The notes beneath the pieces are model-generated. The model was not told the DNA's origin. It worked only from the letters and a program-made list of their open reading frames with translations, and ran no database searches. Positions 26,019-39,690 of a DNA stretch of 64,000 bases are shown here, piece after piece (position 1 is the first letter of the stretch; the number at the start of each line of letters is the position of its first letter). Made by a program: the position numbers and the translations under genes. This DNA is from Pecten maximus (Eukaryota), in contig NC_047022.1 of the NCBI RefSeq assembly GCF_902652985.1, forward strand, positions 34,720,001 to 34,784,000, written 5' to 3'.

Positions 26019-27428
26019 AGATAACGGGTGTGATTTCGCTGTAAAGCGATTGGATAAGAACCCATACTTCATCCCTGGTTATAATGAGCATTGTGTAAAA
26101 CCTGCAAATGTTGGTGAAATATAATATTGGCTTTCGTATTGATAGATTTCTCTTTACGTCACACTAAAATGAGCAGTCGTCATCCGTGTGACTCACATCG
26201 CGTTGTCTCAATCACGTGTTATCCCGGGGCCGAGTAGTAATACATTCTACAGGTGGCGGTAATGAAGCGTGGATGTAAATGGGCATTGTGTCGTTTTGCG
26301 GTAAATGTTGCTATTGAATAGTTCGAGTGGAAAAGTTGATACAGTGGTGATTTATCGCCATCAATGCCCTGTATGTAAAGTGTATATCAAACAGAACCAT
26401 ATTAAGTTTGTCACAGGATGAGATAATCCCACCAGTTTGGCGTTACATTCCAACACAAAACGAGAGAATTCATACCCTAAAATATCTATCTACAAATCAA
26501 TAAAACGATGTATCAATAGGTTTACACGCTGACTCATGTACAAATACAAGACCAGGAGTTCCAGCAGGATAAGATCGTAATGTCCATGTAAATCTAGGTC
26601 AAATCAAAGTAAAACGATCGTAAAATGAAAATCATGGTAGTGACAACGACCATATGGAAAATCGTCTATCAAAATTAGCAGCGTATAATTGTACTTCGTA
26701 TTGTGAATGGAAATGGTTAATTTCCTGCTGGGATCTTAACGATTGATCTCTGTACATCTCCCGAAATTCTGTGTTGGGTATATCAATAGTACATCTCATC
26801 TTGGTCTTTGTCGTGCGCTTACGCTCCACCTTTTTCATACATGCCGTTTTTTAACCAATACTGAGTACCTTCGAAAACAAACTAGGTATGTTTTGTCCAC
26901 AAGTCTTAACGGTGTGTGAATAATTGTTGTTTGGGAGAAGACTCTTCTAGTCAAAATGCACATCTTGAAGAAACAAGAAACCATCTCCACTGATGGCATA
27001 TATGAATTGTCCGTGTACATGTAGTGCACTGTAAGGGTTTGCACTTATTATAATACACCTATATATATATTTACATAATGCAATCCAAGAAAGAGATGCT
27101 TTGATTGCATGATCACCTTGCCTGTGGCGCCTCACGTGATATAAAGGCAATATCGGACTTATCTGAAACGAACACGCATATACAATAATGTATATTCGTT
27201 TTGCAAAAACACTAAGTAGCTTTGAGATGTATAAATTATCACGTCCTCTCTATCGTTATAGGATAGGCAACCTTACTTCCCTGGAGGCTCAAACATAGTA
27301 TATAACGATACACGACGGGTTTAGTTGTCTACATCGTTAAATTATTGTACGTTGTGTATTGGACAATGTTAAAATCGGTTAAATTATAAGATTCTAGTGG
27401 AACCCTACATTATACTACCGTCGATAGG

Positions 27429-27489
27429 ATGACATGTATTATTGTCTTGCTTGTTGTGGTGCTGCCGTATGTACAAGCATCAGTTATAG
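27429..27489 (+). CDS. Candidate alternative first coding exon 1b of carbonic anhydrase (MTCIIVLLVVVLPYVQASVI-G)
   Basis: Typical signal peptide (VQA cleavage) and a consensus AG|GTAAGT phase-1 donor; in frame with exon 55140. Confidence 0.65.
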
Positions 27490-27799
27490 GTAAGTATTCT
27501 TTACCCGTGTCTCACATCATCACTCAACACCTCTTTATGCATGCCTGTGTTGTATTGACGCTCTCACTCTATTGTTTATCTAAATAATGAAAGTATTTAT
27601 CCTTTTAGTCAGTTTTATTATTAGGTCTAGAATAAAGAAGTTATTTTCTAATCATTGGCGTTTTATTATCTAAATTAGGATTGATATTTGGATGCTTATA
27701 CCTGTGTATGTAAATTTTGTGGATTTATTTATTTCGAATATATTTTATTGTATATTACCAAATAAACTGGACATGACTTTAACAAAACGCATGATGTCC

Positions 27800-28295
27800 T
27801 CACCCTGCGCGTGTAGGTAGGGCGTAAGTGATCATAGGAGACGACTAAATTTGGGGTCTTATCTTTTCTCTTTTCTTAAATACTTTTTTCTTCTTAATGT
27901 CTCTCTTGACATTGCTTCACTTTGGCCTTTAGATGAATTTTCGCCTCTCTGCGGATATGTTTGGATTCTGTCCCTTGGCCGAGACAAACAAGAGACTATA
28001 AAAATGGTAGTTACTATTCCTATTAAACATTCAGCGTATTGGGAGTTAAATGACTGATTTGCCCATTTGTCAGTAACATGTGACCGGGTGAGGTATTCGG
28101 CTAAATGTCTTTGACAGCATGCTTCAGTGAGGTTGCACTATAAAGTCAAAATCAGTTTCTTGCTATCACAAAGAGACAAACACAAAAATACTGTGTTTCC
28201 CCAAAACACATACATGTACATACATTACACACATGCACTTGCACACACAGAAGGCAGTCATTAAATTACCATAGCTTTTGATAAGGCGTTAAACA
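27800..28295 (+). mobile_element. SINE family A, old diverged copy
   Basis: Colinear similarity to 17285-17800. Confidence 0.8.
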
Positions 28296-29304
28296 AAGCA
28301 AGTCTTCATCTTAAACTCTATATAAAAAGATCAACATTATATAGCAATGACGAGTATAACCAATTTGAATACAGGAAGTAAAAACGGAAAGAGCTAGGGA
28401 AGAAGGTGGCGAGGATTGGAGACGATATGGGGAGGGAAATTGCTATGATACAGTTTGTGTGTATATTGTACACGTACGCCGTGCGCATACACAACATATT
28501 ACTTATCATTGTCTCTGAATAGTTCCGGTCCATTGTCAGTTCGTCACGGCGTTTACAATTGGCGTCTTTAATGAACGTCTGCACATGTTGAAAAAAAATG
28601 TCGCAGGAGAGTAAATGTACAATAGAGATAGCAATACACTATTGTAATTTAATCCCTGATTACAGTAGAGAGGAAAGTAAACATATTCGAACTCCCTACC
28701 ACACTAGCAGCATGCAGAATGGCAAACAAGACATGATAAATGAACATCATTTGGCGAAATCGTCCGGTTGCTTTACCAGCTATAAAAAGATATATTTGCC
28801 TAGGGCCTTATTTGCAAACATTGATTATTTTGCTTTTTTATTTGTGTAGTTCCATGTTTGTTTTTAGTGACTGAAGAAAGACTATTTCCCTAGACTACGT
28901 AGATCCGGTATAAAGGAATAATTCGTAAGTTGCAAAAGATCAGGAATGAAGTTTTCTATTATGCGAAGCCATAAATTATAAATTGTGAAATAGTGAGGAA
29001 GTGTGTTCTATAAAAGAATGCTTTGCTAACTCGATAATTGCATATTTAATCCAATGACTAAGGTTGCGTTTATCCAAGGTAGCATCACTAACCGTGTAGG
29101 AGCGGGCGAATGATACGCTTGCCGTATCTCATGCAATGCATATCGTTAGAGGCGAATAATTGTGGGCCCACTGACGAATCGTGGATTTTATTCTGTCTTC
29201 CATTAAGTGGGCATGACTAACATAAGCCAACTCGTAATTAAACATTCAAAGTTGTATGGGCGTCTACTGCAATATCCGTTTATTGAAACAATCGTTTTCT
29301 TAAT

Positions 29305-29515
29305 GGGTGTTCGGTTGGCACAGTGGTAACACACTTGACTTTCACCTAGGCGGCCGGGTATCAATTTTCCGATCGGATGTGAAAAGGTATGGGACCTCCG
29401 GTTTCCTCCCACAGCAAGACCCCTCGCGCGCTTCCATCCGGGCCAACAACCGTGATTAATATCAAATGATATATGTAACTTGTTTCGTGTTGTAAAATAA
29501 ATAAAGTTTACATTT
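29305..29515 (+). mobile_element. tRNA-derived V-domain-like SINE with a different tail
   Basis: A-box-like tggcacagtgg, ctccggtttcctcccac (V-domain core), ends in gtaaaataaataaagtt. Confidence 0.6.
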
Positions 29516-29719
29516 TTCTAATCAGAAATAACATTTGTGCAATATAACTTCAGAAAAAAAATGTTTATACACCGACAATTATGGCATGAAAATAAAAGAC
29601 AAAACAGGCATGTTCAAATGCGAAAATAAGGACATGTATAATATAAAAATAGAAAATAACGGCGGAGGTATGTAATGAATAGTATATAGTTTATCTAGCA
29701 CGTATCACAAAGACAGAAA

Positions 29720-30125
29720 ATAACGAGTTTGTACTCTATGTAATCTTAATGATATAGAAGACGAATTTCATTTTGTTTTAGTTTGTACTAGGTATTCTGA
29801 TTTAAGACAGAAGTATTTCAAATAATATTATAGAAATAATCCAAGTGTATATAAGCTTACTCAATTACTTAATACAAATAATGTTAAAGACTTGTGTAAT
29901 CTTGGGAAATATCTGTTAGCGGCAAATAAGTGCCGATCACAAGCATGAGATATATATATATTGTAATAATAATATTGATTGATGTTACTATTATATCATA
30001 TTATTGCTTTGTTCATTCTCCTGTGGCCAATTTAACATTTTGTATATATGTAAATATCCTGTAGATCATATGTTTACACTGATGAGTCGTAAGACTCAAA
30101 GTAATAAATGAACTTGAACTTGAAC
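29720..30125 (+). mobile_element. 3' end of a decayed RTEX/CR1-type LINE
   Basis: Reads RVCTLCNLNDIEDEFHFVLVCTRYSDLRQKYFK*...NLGKYL (C-terminal Zn-knuckle of LINE ORF2), then a 3' hairpin, AATAAA and a (TGAACT)n tail. Confidence 0.8.
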
Positions 30126-31063
30126 ATAGGTATGTATAATATGTATCTAGTATTAAGATAATTATACTGAAACTGTACCATTCAGCGGTTTCGTCATTTT
30201 AGGACGCTTTGGTTATCCTAAATATTTTTCTACTTAATCAGAATCAGTATAAAATCAAAAAGAAAGACCAGGTTTCAAATAAGTCACCGGTATACAACGT
30301 TAACGCCTGACTTGTTACCTAATAAACGATCACCTTATACATTGTAAGAAAATTGTTTGTCAAATATGTTTTATCATGAAAAGTATAATCACGGATCTAT
30401 CAAGCCTGTGTAATCCAGTAACTGGTCATTATTGAACGGTAGATCCGGTTATATGATGTAAACTTTTACATATATCTTGTTACGTATGTTACATAAAAGA
30501 GAGGATGTACAAAGCGTCCAATAGGAAAGCGGATGAAAAAAAGAAAAAAATACAGAAAGGATTACGTGACGATTGGGCTTTACACCTAGGTTATTTGCAT
30601 AAAGGTGTGCATTTTATGGTAGTTTATTCCATGGAATGACGGTGATGACATTTTTAACGAACTGAAATAAATTCCTAAGGTTCATAGGTTGTAAAGATAT
30701 ATCTGCACTTAAATAAACTGGTCTTAGATTTACTTAAATATATAGAAACACCAAAATCATATTATTTCTCAAGTATATCATTATATTTCTGGAATGTACG
30801 TTTTAATTTACCGCGTCTCTGAATGGTACAAATAGATACACAAGACTAACACCTTTTGGATGTTTATTCCTCCTAGGACTCGTCAGTGATGGTACGGTCA
30901 CCATACAGGTGTGTATTCCTATTAGAACTCGTCAGTGATTCTAGGACCTGAGGTTCCGATACATTTAACAAAACAAAATTTTAAAGTCTAGAAGCGGAGG
31001 TGCAAAGCCCAATAATGCAAAACATTTCAAAATTTTCAATAATTTATTTCAAAAGTAAATAAA

Positions 31064-31567
31064 GTAGGGTGCCACAAATAGTGATATTTCAAAAAAACAA
31101 ATAGTAGGGTGCCATCAGTAGTGGGATTTTAAAAGAACATATTGTAGGGTACCACCATTTGTGGGATTTCAAAAGAACATTTAGTAGGATGCAACCAGTA
31201 GTAGCATTTCAAAATAACGTCTAACAGGGTGCAATCAGTAGTGGGATTTCAAAAGAACATTTAGTAGGGTGCCATCAGTAGTGGGATTTCAAAAGAACAT
31301 TTAGTAGGGTGCAACCATTAGTGGTATTTTAAAAGAACATAATGTAGGATGCCATCAGTAGTGGGATTTCAAAAAGAACATATTGTTTGATGCCATCAGT
31401 AGTGGGATTTCAAAAAGAACATATAGTAGGATGCCATCAGTAGTGGGATTTAAAAAGAACATATTGTAGGGTGCCATCAGTAGTGGGATTTTAAAAGAAC
31501 ATATTGTAGGGTGCCATCAGTAGTGAGATTTTACACAAACAGTACAGTAGGGTGCAATCAGTAGTGT
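31064..31567. repeat. ~40-bp minisatellite (gtagggtgccatcagtagtgggatttcaaaagaacatatt)
   Basis: About 12 tandem copies. Confidence 0.93.
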
Positions 31568-32559
31568 CTACCGCCTGCAATTTCAATTGATAGTACATGA
31601 AACATAAGACATATGCTGTTTTCAAAACAAATTGGGTGTTAGATACAGAAGAACGATGGTAATAGCAAGCTGATATCAAATATTTCCAATAAAACTGCTG
31701 TATTTATTGGCACGTTAGCATAAAACGCCTCAGGAGCGGGTAAAGAATATGGCAGCTGTATCCTGCTGCATGTCCTAGGAGGCGACGAATTTCTTTCTTT
31801 TCTCTCTCTTTTTTATGAAAAAAAATAATAATTCGAACGAAAAATAAAGCATTTCCATTTTTTGGTGGCTTCTATTTTGTTCTCATATTAAACAAACCAT
31901 AATTTTAATCGAACAACCACAACTACAAAGATAAGTATATATTTGAGAAGATAAGAATTACTTTTTGTTTTGTTATTGATAGCCTTTGTTCGATTCTGTA
32001 ACATTGTTTTATATCAAGACACGCCTACGTGACGGTTTGTTTGACTTCGCTTAACCAGCTAAGATAATGGTTTCGATAAAGGGTTTAACCAAACATGTGA
32101 CAAAGACAATCACAACATTTAATTCGCCAAACTTTACACCGCCATTCCGAACTCAGCCTACCGCTCTGTATGGGTGTATCTCTGAACGCCAACATTTTGA
32201 ATTTACCTCTAGGGCAGTTTGTTTTGATAGTGATTATAGTCTTTTTCCTAAAATGAGTCTCAATGCCAACATGTAAATTTACCTGTAAAAATTACCTGTT
32301 GATACTTACCTGGAGGTTAAATTAAGGATTTATAACCAAACATAATGCATTTATATGTATATCTAAAATATTCATTTTATCTAATATCTAATTTAAAAAT
32401 GGCAATACAATATTATACGTGTGAAAATTATTGTATGTCCGTTTTTTTGTTTTTTTTAAAGGACATTTTTAATGCATAAACACATAAGATCCATTCCAAC
32501 AGATATGATTTACACTTATCATAACATCATCATCATACTCATCATCATCATCATCTTTC

Positions 32560-34603
32560 TAAAATATTTTGATTTATTTTCCATAGGTATATAAGTGATA
32601 ATGTCCTGACGCTGGGTAACACATAATTGACCGTTTACATAACCAGAATGTATAGATCTGCTTCCAGAAACATTTGAAAAACTCTGAAGTAAATCCATCC
32701 GACCCGGGGCTCTTATTATTTTTCATGTTTTTAAGTGTTTGAGCTGCCCCATTAAGAGTTATCATACCTTCTAAACAAGTTGCCTCTTCTTCATTTAATT
32801 CAGGAATATCATATATCAGAAAAATCATCCGAGTTAACCTCACTAATATCACTATGAACCCCATATAATTGTTTGTATGAAGATTTAACCTCATCTAAAA
32901 TAGCCCCTTGTTCTGTTATTACTTCCCCATTATCTCGCTGTAACTTTAGAATTACTTTTGACATAAAGTTCCTATTTTCTAGACTGTAAAAACAATTTGT
33001 TGGTTTTTTCACCTTCCTCAATCCATAATGCTTTTGCCCTTATTATACTTCCCTTAATTCTATTTACTAAAATATTCTCTTATTTTTTCTTACTCAATTT
33101 TCCCTAATCTCCATTATTCTGACTTTCCATCTGCTGCATTTCATCTCTGAGATTGTTTTCACTTAACCTGCTTTGGGTTTTTTTAAAGATGTGTACAAAA
33201 TTGTTTTTCCTATAATTTCAATACCTGATTGTCTTTAACTAATTGTAAATATCTGTCTGGAATATTATTTATCATTTTAGGATTGTAAATAGGAAGACAA
33301 TATTGGGCTTTTATTTCTTTAAGGGTATTATTTATAATATCAAGATAATTTTGGTCATGTAACAGTGAACTAGTAAATTTCTACAAACCTCTACCTTTTT
33401 TAAACTAATCAAATTTCAATGTAATTTCTGGGAAGGAATGGTCAGATCTGTAACCGGAATATATGCCTGAATCAAAAATACTTGGTAATAAGCTTACAGA
33501 TACTAAAATAATAGAGTATTACCTTACAAATACTAAAAAAAATTGAGTCTGGCTTTTTCTTGGTCTACTCTTCTGCCATGTATTTCTTGAAATATCAGGA
33601 TGTTGCTCTCTGAAGGAGTGTAGGACAAAAGCCCCCCCGGACATTAGCCCCCCCGGACATTAGCCCCTAGGACAAAAGCCCCTCCGGACGAAAGCCCCCC
33701 CGGACATTAGCCCCCCCGGACAAAAGCCCCTTCTTTATAAATTTAGCTGGTATACTTGATATAAATCTGTACTTTTGAAAAACAGAAACTATATATATAT
33801 ATATTGTTGTTTTTATCTCTGAAATTTGGAGAATAATTGTGTGCAAAATGAAGGTCCTTGGTTCAATGTCAGTGTATCATTATATGTCTGTGGTTAAACA
33901 TCATAATTTTTTTTTTCAAACTTTATATTATTAAGTAAGCTAAAAATTTCAGGAGAGTTCTCCATGATGAACAAATTGTTACTGATTACACATAATTTTT
34001 GACTTCCTAATATACTGCAAATATTGATAATCAAAGAAATGTCTACAAAAGCAATAAACATTTGATCCCTATTTGCAGTGTCTCAAATTATAATATAATA
34101 AGTACATAATGTACCTAACCAAACATGTTGCTCTGTGTTGTAATACGTTTAATTTTAGGAATACAATGTAATTAAAATCAAAGAAACAATGAAGCCATTA
34201 ATGGTATATTTCTTTCCAGGAGAATATAAAACCTACGAAACACCTGTGAAACAGCTTATTGTTTATGTAACAGTTCCAGTAGTTGTTTTTCGAACTGGTT
34301 GTTTACATTGCAGAAGCCACTGGTGACTGAAGTCACTTACATATATATGTAGCACTTAATATAACCACTGCTAAAACATATATTGTAATTTAAAAAAAAA
34401 AAAAAAATAAATAAAAACATAAAAAATAAAAAAAATAAATATAATTTTTTTTTATGAAGGGGCTTTTGTCCACTTTTTGATTAGTGTAAAGGGGCTAATG
34501 TCCGGGGGGGCTTTTGTCCTAGGGGCTAATGTCCGGGGGGGCTAATGTCCGGGGGGGCTTTTGTCCGTACCTCTCTCTGAAGACATCAACTAAATTAAAA
34601 TTA
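32560..34603 (-). pseudogene. Decayed L1/Tx1-clade LINE ORF2 fragment (endonuclease C-terminus to start of RT), split by a MITE
   Basis: Minus strand reads NLVDVFREQHP..TW, SDH, KPTNCFYSLE, KNMKNNKSPGSDGFTSEFFKCFW, with frameshifts and stops. Confidence 0.88.
33616..34573. mobile_element. Mutator-like MITE with tandemly repeated TIR subunits (ggacattagccccccc), copy 1
   Basis: GAG...CTC ends, long inverted repeats, perfect 9-bp TSD tctctgaag (33607-33615 / 34574-34582). Confidence 0.92.
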
Positions 34604-35143
34604 TCCGAGTTTGTATTACTAAGAAAAAGAAGGATTTTGACCGGTACCGGAGTAATACTTATAGTAAACAGGGTCTTCGAGTAATCCGAGTTCAGGTTAA
34701 TAAATTTTGACTGTAAGTGATTATAAAGATCTTCAAAAGTTATAAATGGGGTTTTGCTCTTGCATTTATTTTATTTTATTACTATTTAAAAAAAAACAAA
34801 AAACGGGTTTTTGCCGTAGGTGCTCCAGCATATCGCCCTCAAACTGGCTATATTGCCTTTGTTGAGAGGTACATGTACATGTATATTCATTTTTAACTTT
34901 CTCTATATACATTTATGTTTCAGATATTTAAACTTTAATGCATGCATGTATGTTGTAAGAAAATAGGGGAAAATACAATTCTGTTTGCCGCGTGGAACAC
35001 AGGTAAATCTCAGGTGACTGTACAGGTAAAAAAGACAACTTATATGAAGCAGTATATAATTGCCTTCCCATTGTTTCCTGAAACAACACCTACCTATTGT
35101 TAAAAAAATGTTGGCGTTCAGAGAACACCCCCTCTGTATATTG

Positions 35144-35730
35144 GGAGTGAGTGTCAGTAGAATATGACATGGCTGGATGTCTTCAGGAGTGAGTGTCAGT
35201 AGAATGTGACAGGGCTGGGTGTCTTCAGGAGTGAGTGTCAGTAGTATGTGACAGGGCTGGGTGTCTTCAGGAGTGAGCGTCAGTAGTATGTGACAGGGCT
35301 GGGTGTCTTCAGGAGTGAGTCAGTAGTATGTGACAGACCTGGGTGTCTTCAGGAGTGAGTGTCAGTAGTATGTGACAGGGCTTGGTGTCTTCAGGAGTGA
35401 GTGTCAGTAGTATGTGACAGGGCTGGGTGTCTTCAGGAGTGAGCGTCAGTAGTATGTGACAGGGCTGGGTGTCTTCAGGAGTGAGTGTCAGTAGAATGTG
35501 ACAGGGATGGGTGTCTTCAGGAGCGTCAGTAGTATGTGACAGGGATGGGTGTCTTCAGGAGTGAGTGTCAGTATAATGTGACAGGGATGGGTGTCTTCAG
35601 GAGCGTCAGTAGTATGTGACAGGGATGGGTGTCTTCAGGAGTGAGTGTCAGTATAATGTGACAGGGCTGGGTGTCTTCAAGAGTGAGTCAGTAGTATGTG
35701 ACAGGGCTGGGTGTCTTCAGCGGTATAATT
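35144..35730. repeat. 42-bp minisatellite (gagtgagtgtcagtagtatgtgacagggctgggtgtcttcag), ~14 copies, SINE-derived
   Basis: Tandem copies; the unit resembles the SINE A body. Confidence 0.93.
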
Positions 35731-36371
35731 CACTATTCGAACATACAGCAGTCTCCTAGCGGAGACCTACAATGTCAGATGTGACTTTCAACTGAAATTA
35801 CAAATAAACACATTTGAACAGCCCTAGTTGCGAGGTAAACCGCAATATGAAATAAGTTAAACGGCGACTCCGCCGATACCGACGAAGATCGTGGATTCGG
35901 TGCTACATAACCTGTACGATCATGGCGGAACTAAAATACGGCGGGGTTTACAGTTCTATCTGCAATCTGATCTCGATCGGTTGAACCACAAACAGGAAAC
36001 ACTGTCGATAATATTGTACCACTGGTATCCAGAAAACATTGATGTCTGTCGCTATTTTGATCAATGTGGATATGTGTTAATACAAAAAGCATGTACTGAA
36101 TCTATTTTTCAGTTTAAGGTGTTACATGACGATTATCGCCGATGAATTTTTTTTCCAGAGTGTTCGCGTTTAACGGGTTTTTTTTATAGTTTTTTTCTTT
36201 CTTTATTTATTTTTTAATAATTATAAGCAAATCATGCCCTTACAATGATCGTCTCTCAAATCCAATCGTGTCTGCGTTACTGACACATCGGTCACTGTCA
36301 GAGATCTAGATCAAATAGCCGTGACATATTATAGAGGAAAAGAGGCGTCACACGACAATACAGGCACAGCC

Positions 36372-37165
36372 GAGTGTAGGACAAAAGCCCCCCCGGACAT
36401 TAGCCCCCCCGGACATTAGCCCCTAGGACAAAAGCCCCTCCGGACGAAAGCCCCCCCGGACATTAGCCCCCCCGGACAAAAGCCCCTTCATTATAAATTT
36501 AGCTGGTATACTTTATATAAATCTGTACTTTTGAAAAACAAAAACTGTATATATACTGCTGTTTTTATCTCTGAAATTTGTAATATACTGCAAATATTGA
36601 TAATCAAAGAAATGCCTACAAAACATGTTGCTCTGTGTTGTAATTTTAATTTTAGGAATGATTAAAATCAAAGAAACAATATAAAAACAATTTATACCTG
36701 TGCAAACATAGAAATTTCACTGTTGATACACATGAAGCTATTAATGATATATTTCCTTCGAGGAGAATACAACATCAATGAAAAACCTACCAAACACCTG
36801 TGTAACAGCTTATTGTTTATGTAACAGTAAAATCAATGAAAAACCTACCAAACACCTGTGTAACAGCTTATTGTTTATGTAACAGTTCAAGTAGTTGTTT
36901 ACATTGCAGAAGCCACTGGTGACTGAAGTCACTTACATATATATGTAGCACTTAATATAACCACTGCTAAAACATATATTGTAATTTAAAAAAAAATGAA
37001 TAAATAAAAACATAAAAAATAAAAAAAAAAAATATAATTTTTTTTATGAAGGGGCTTTTGTCCACTTTTTGATTAGTGTGAAGGGGCTAATGTCCGGGGG
37101 GGCTTTTGTCCTAGGGGCTAATGTCCGGGGGGGCTAATGTCCGGGGGGGCTTTTGTCCGTACCTC
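36372..37165. mobile_element. Mutator-like MITE, copy 2
   Basis: Ends near-identical to 33616-34573; perfect 9-bp TSD ggcacagcc (36363-36371 / 37166-37174). Confidence 0.92.
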
Positions 37166-37519
37166 GGCACAGCCTGATTAAATAAACACCAACGATTTAA
37201 AGTTACTATAGCAATATCTGGTACTGTGGTGCAGAGGTGTAACGAACGCATATTCACTTCTATTCATTTATCATGCATTTTTGTATTTTGTCCATTTTAA
37301 AAGCATTGCCGGTATATACAACCACCAGATGAAGATAGTTTTTTGATGTTTTACAACCGTGTTTGGTCCTTATCCAAACATTAAAGCACGATGCAAGGGA
37401 GATAATTCCTAAAAAAAATTACGACATCTGTCAAATCCGTACTGCCGTTATACACACATGTATATCATTATGATTTCACATACGTTGTAAAGAGTTTTGT
37501 TGTTCTCACTTGTTTGGCC

Positions 37520-37710
37520 TGCTGCTCATCGCACACTAAATTATCTGGGTTGCGAGTTCGAATCCTACGTGGGGCAGTTGCCAGGTACTGACTGTAGGCC
37601 GGTGGTTTTTCTCCGGGTACTCCGACTTTCCTCCACCTCCAAAACCTGGCACGTCCTTAAATGACCCTGGCTGTTAATAGGACGTTAAACAAAAACAAAC
37701 CAAACCAAAA
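37520..37710 (+). mobile_element. SINE family B (tRNA head, V-domain-like), 5'-truncated
   Basis: B-box gagttcgaatcc, ggtggtttttctccgggtactccgactttcctccacc, same 3' tail as family A. Confidence 0.85.
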
Positions 37711-39464
37711 CCGAGATAATACTAGGAGCATACAGATGAGTTTGTGATATCTGATTTTAGTTAGCACAGTCCATCTGCTAGTAACATAACGAATATGCGA
37801 TTATATGTAATGGCGAAACTATTCCCAATGACAGTATTCGATTTGTCTCCCTTAGACCTTAGTCTCGCACGAGAAGCTGGGATCACGCACGTGTTACAAT
37901 CGCATTGTCTGCTTAGCTCTGGGAGTTGAAATATCGGGATTAGGTCTGTGTTTCATGATCGTGTGGCTAAGATATTTAAATTATTCATGCAACAAAATAT
38001 ATTGAGTGAATAAAAAGCCTCACTGGTAAATCTGTAAAAAGCTTAATAGAAACTTGTGTGTAAGGAGGCTTGTCACCATTGAACATTTGAACAGTTATGG
38101 AGACTCGTTCACAGACATTCTAGGCTTTATAATTAGCATGGTTATGGTTTCAAATGTGGCGAACTATAACTATTAAAATCATCGAAAATAAATAATTCAC
38201 AAAACCGATTCGGAAACAAACATGTTAATTATCCAACGATGCGTGATGCTGTAACAGAACTGGCGACATAATTGAACAAACACAGCATATGAACTCTACG
38301 TGTTCGGAAAGACGTCGAGTTATATAAATATTTGCTAAAAATTTAATGAAATATTGGACTGGTTTCTAACATTGTCCTTTTATGTACTCTTTAACAGTGT
38401 TTTCTTTAATTGAACATCCAATTAATAAATGACATGGTTTTGAAACGTAACGTCGTTGGAATTCGACGTCAAAGATAAATTTTTTTTTATTGTTTAGCGC
38501 CCTATATGTCCCCCTTTGCTCTTCACTGTCACTATATCACCTTACCGAACAAAGTAGAAAGTTATCAGACCATAATTCCCTATATGTATTGATATGAAGA
38601 ATACTGTTCGTTACGTCGTTTTGTTTGACGTCACTGTGATAAGTGTTTTTGACGTCATTAAAATTTGTGCTGCCGGATTTAAAAACCGATTGATCAATGT
38701 ATATGTACCTTGTAACATTTATGTAATTACAGTGTCTAAAAGGTGAATTTCCTCAAGGCGGAATATTTTTGTTAAAATGTGGAAATTAAATTGAAGGTTT
38801 TGTGTTCATTTCCACGAACAATATTTAAAGCCGGAACGGTCGCCTGTAGTGATGACGTCACAAAAACAGCGCGAAATTTGACTTTTTAATGGTATAACAC
38901 TGGTACAAGTTTAATAAGAGGAACGTGTCTGAAATCCTGTGAGAATTATATGTCAATAACTTTCCAAAGACGGCAGTTTGATGCTAAACTCAGATGGATT
39001 TTGACAATTGAAGTTTGTTATCGCTATTTATCAGAATGTACTAAAAGGATCTTTCTCAAATTTCATATGTAGGTTCCTCTTAGTTATGCATTTTGGGACC
39101 AGTCGGAAAACAACGTGGCAGACAGTCAGCTATCTGGGATTTTGAGAATTAAAGTTTGGGGTCGCTGTCTCTCAGAAAGTCCTCAACGGATCTTTCTCAT
39201 ATCTCATATGTACGTTTCCCTTGGTCCCTAGTTGTGCATGTTGCATTTTGGATTCTCTTTCTGTTTTTCATGTTATTTTGGATCATCTATGTATGACACA
39301 TTCGGTCGAATATGTTTCATTCTGTAACTCTGGTTCCACGAACACGAAGCCAAATAAAATGATCTGTATAGAAAATGACCATTCAAGATCAAATGAAATT
39401 TAAGAAACTGATATCAAAGAGGTTTTCCTTCTATGGCGTGTCAAACGTTGCAATATTCAATAAT

Positions 39465-39690
39465 TCAATATTTATATTCAATATTTTATATTTATGTTCA
39501 TTAATTTATATTTGTATTCAATAGTTTATATTTATGTTCAATAATTAATATTTATATTCAATATTTTATATTTATGTTCAATAATTTGTAAATATATATT
39601 CGATAATTTGTAAATATATATTCAATAATTTGTTAATATGTGTTCAATAATTTGTATACATGTTCAGTAATTTGTATATATGTCCAATAA
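39465..39690. repeat. AT-rich ~20-bp degenerate tandem repeat (ttcaataatttatatttata)
   Basis: Directly visible. Confidence 0.8.

Larger units (their letters stand above)
32172..35130. mobile_element. Outer Mutator-like non-autonomous element enclosing a LINE fragment and a MITE
   Basis: TIRs gggtgtatctctgaacgccaacatttt / aaaatgttggcgttcagagaacaccc; flanks gctctgtat (32163-32171) / cctctgtat (35131-35139), an 8/9 match as TSD. Confidence 0.75.

Noticed and set aside
30079-30105. CTGATGAG-stem resembling a hammerhead ribozyme core
   Set aside because: No GAAA or stem III. It is better explained as the 3' hairpin of the LINE fragment before AATAAA and the (TGAACT)n tail.
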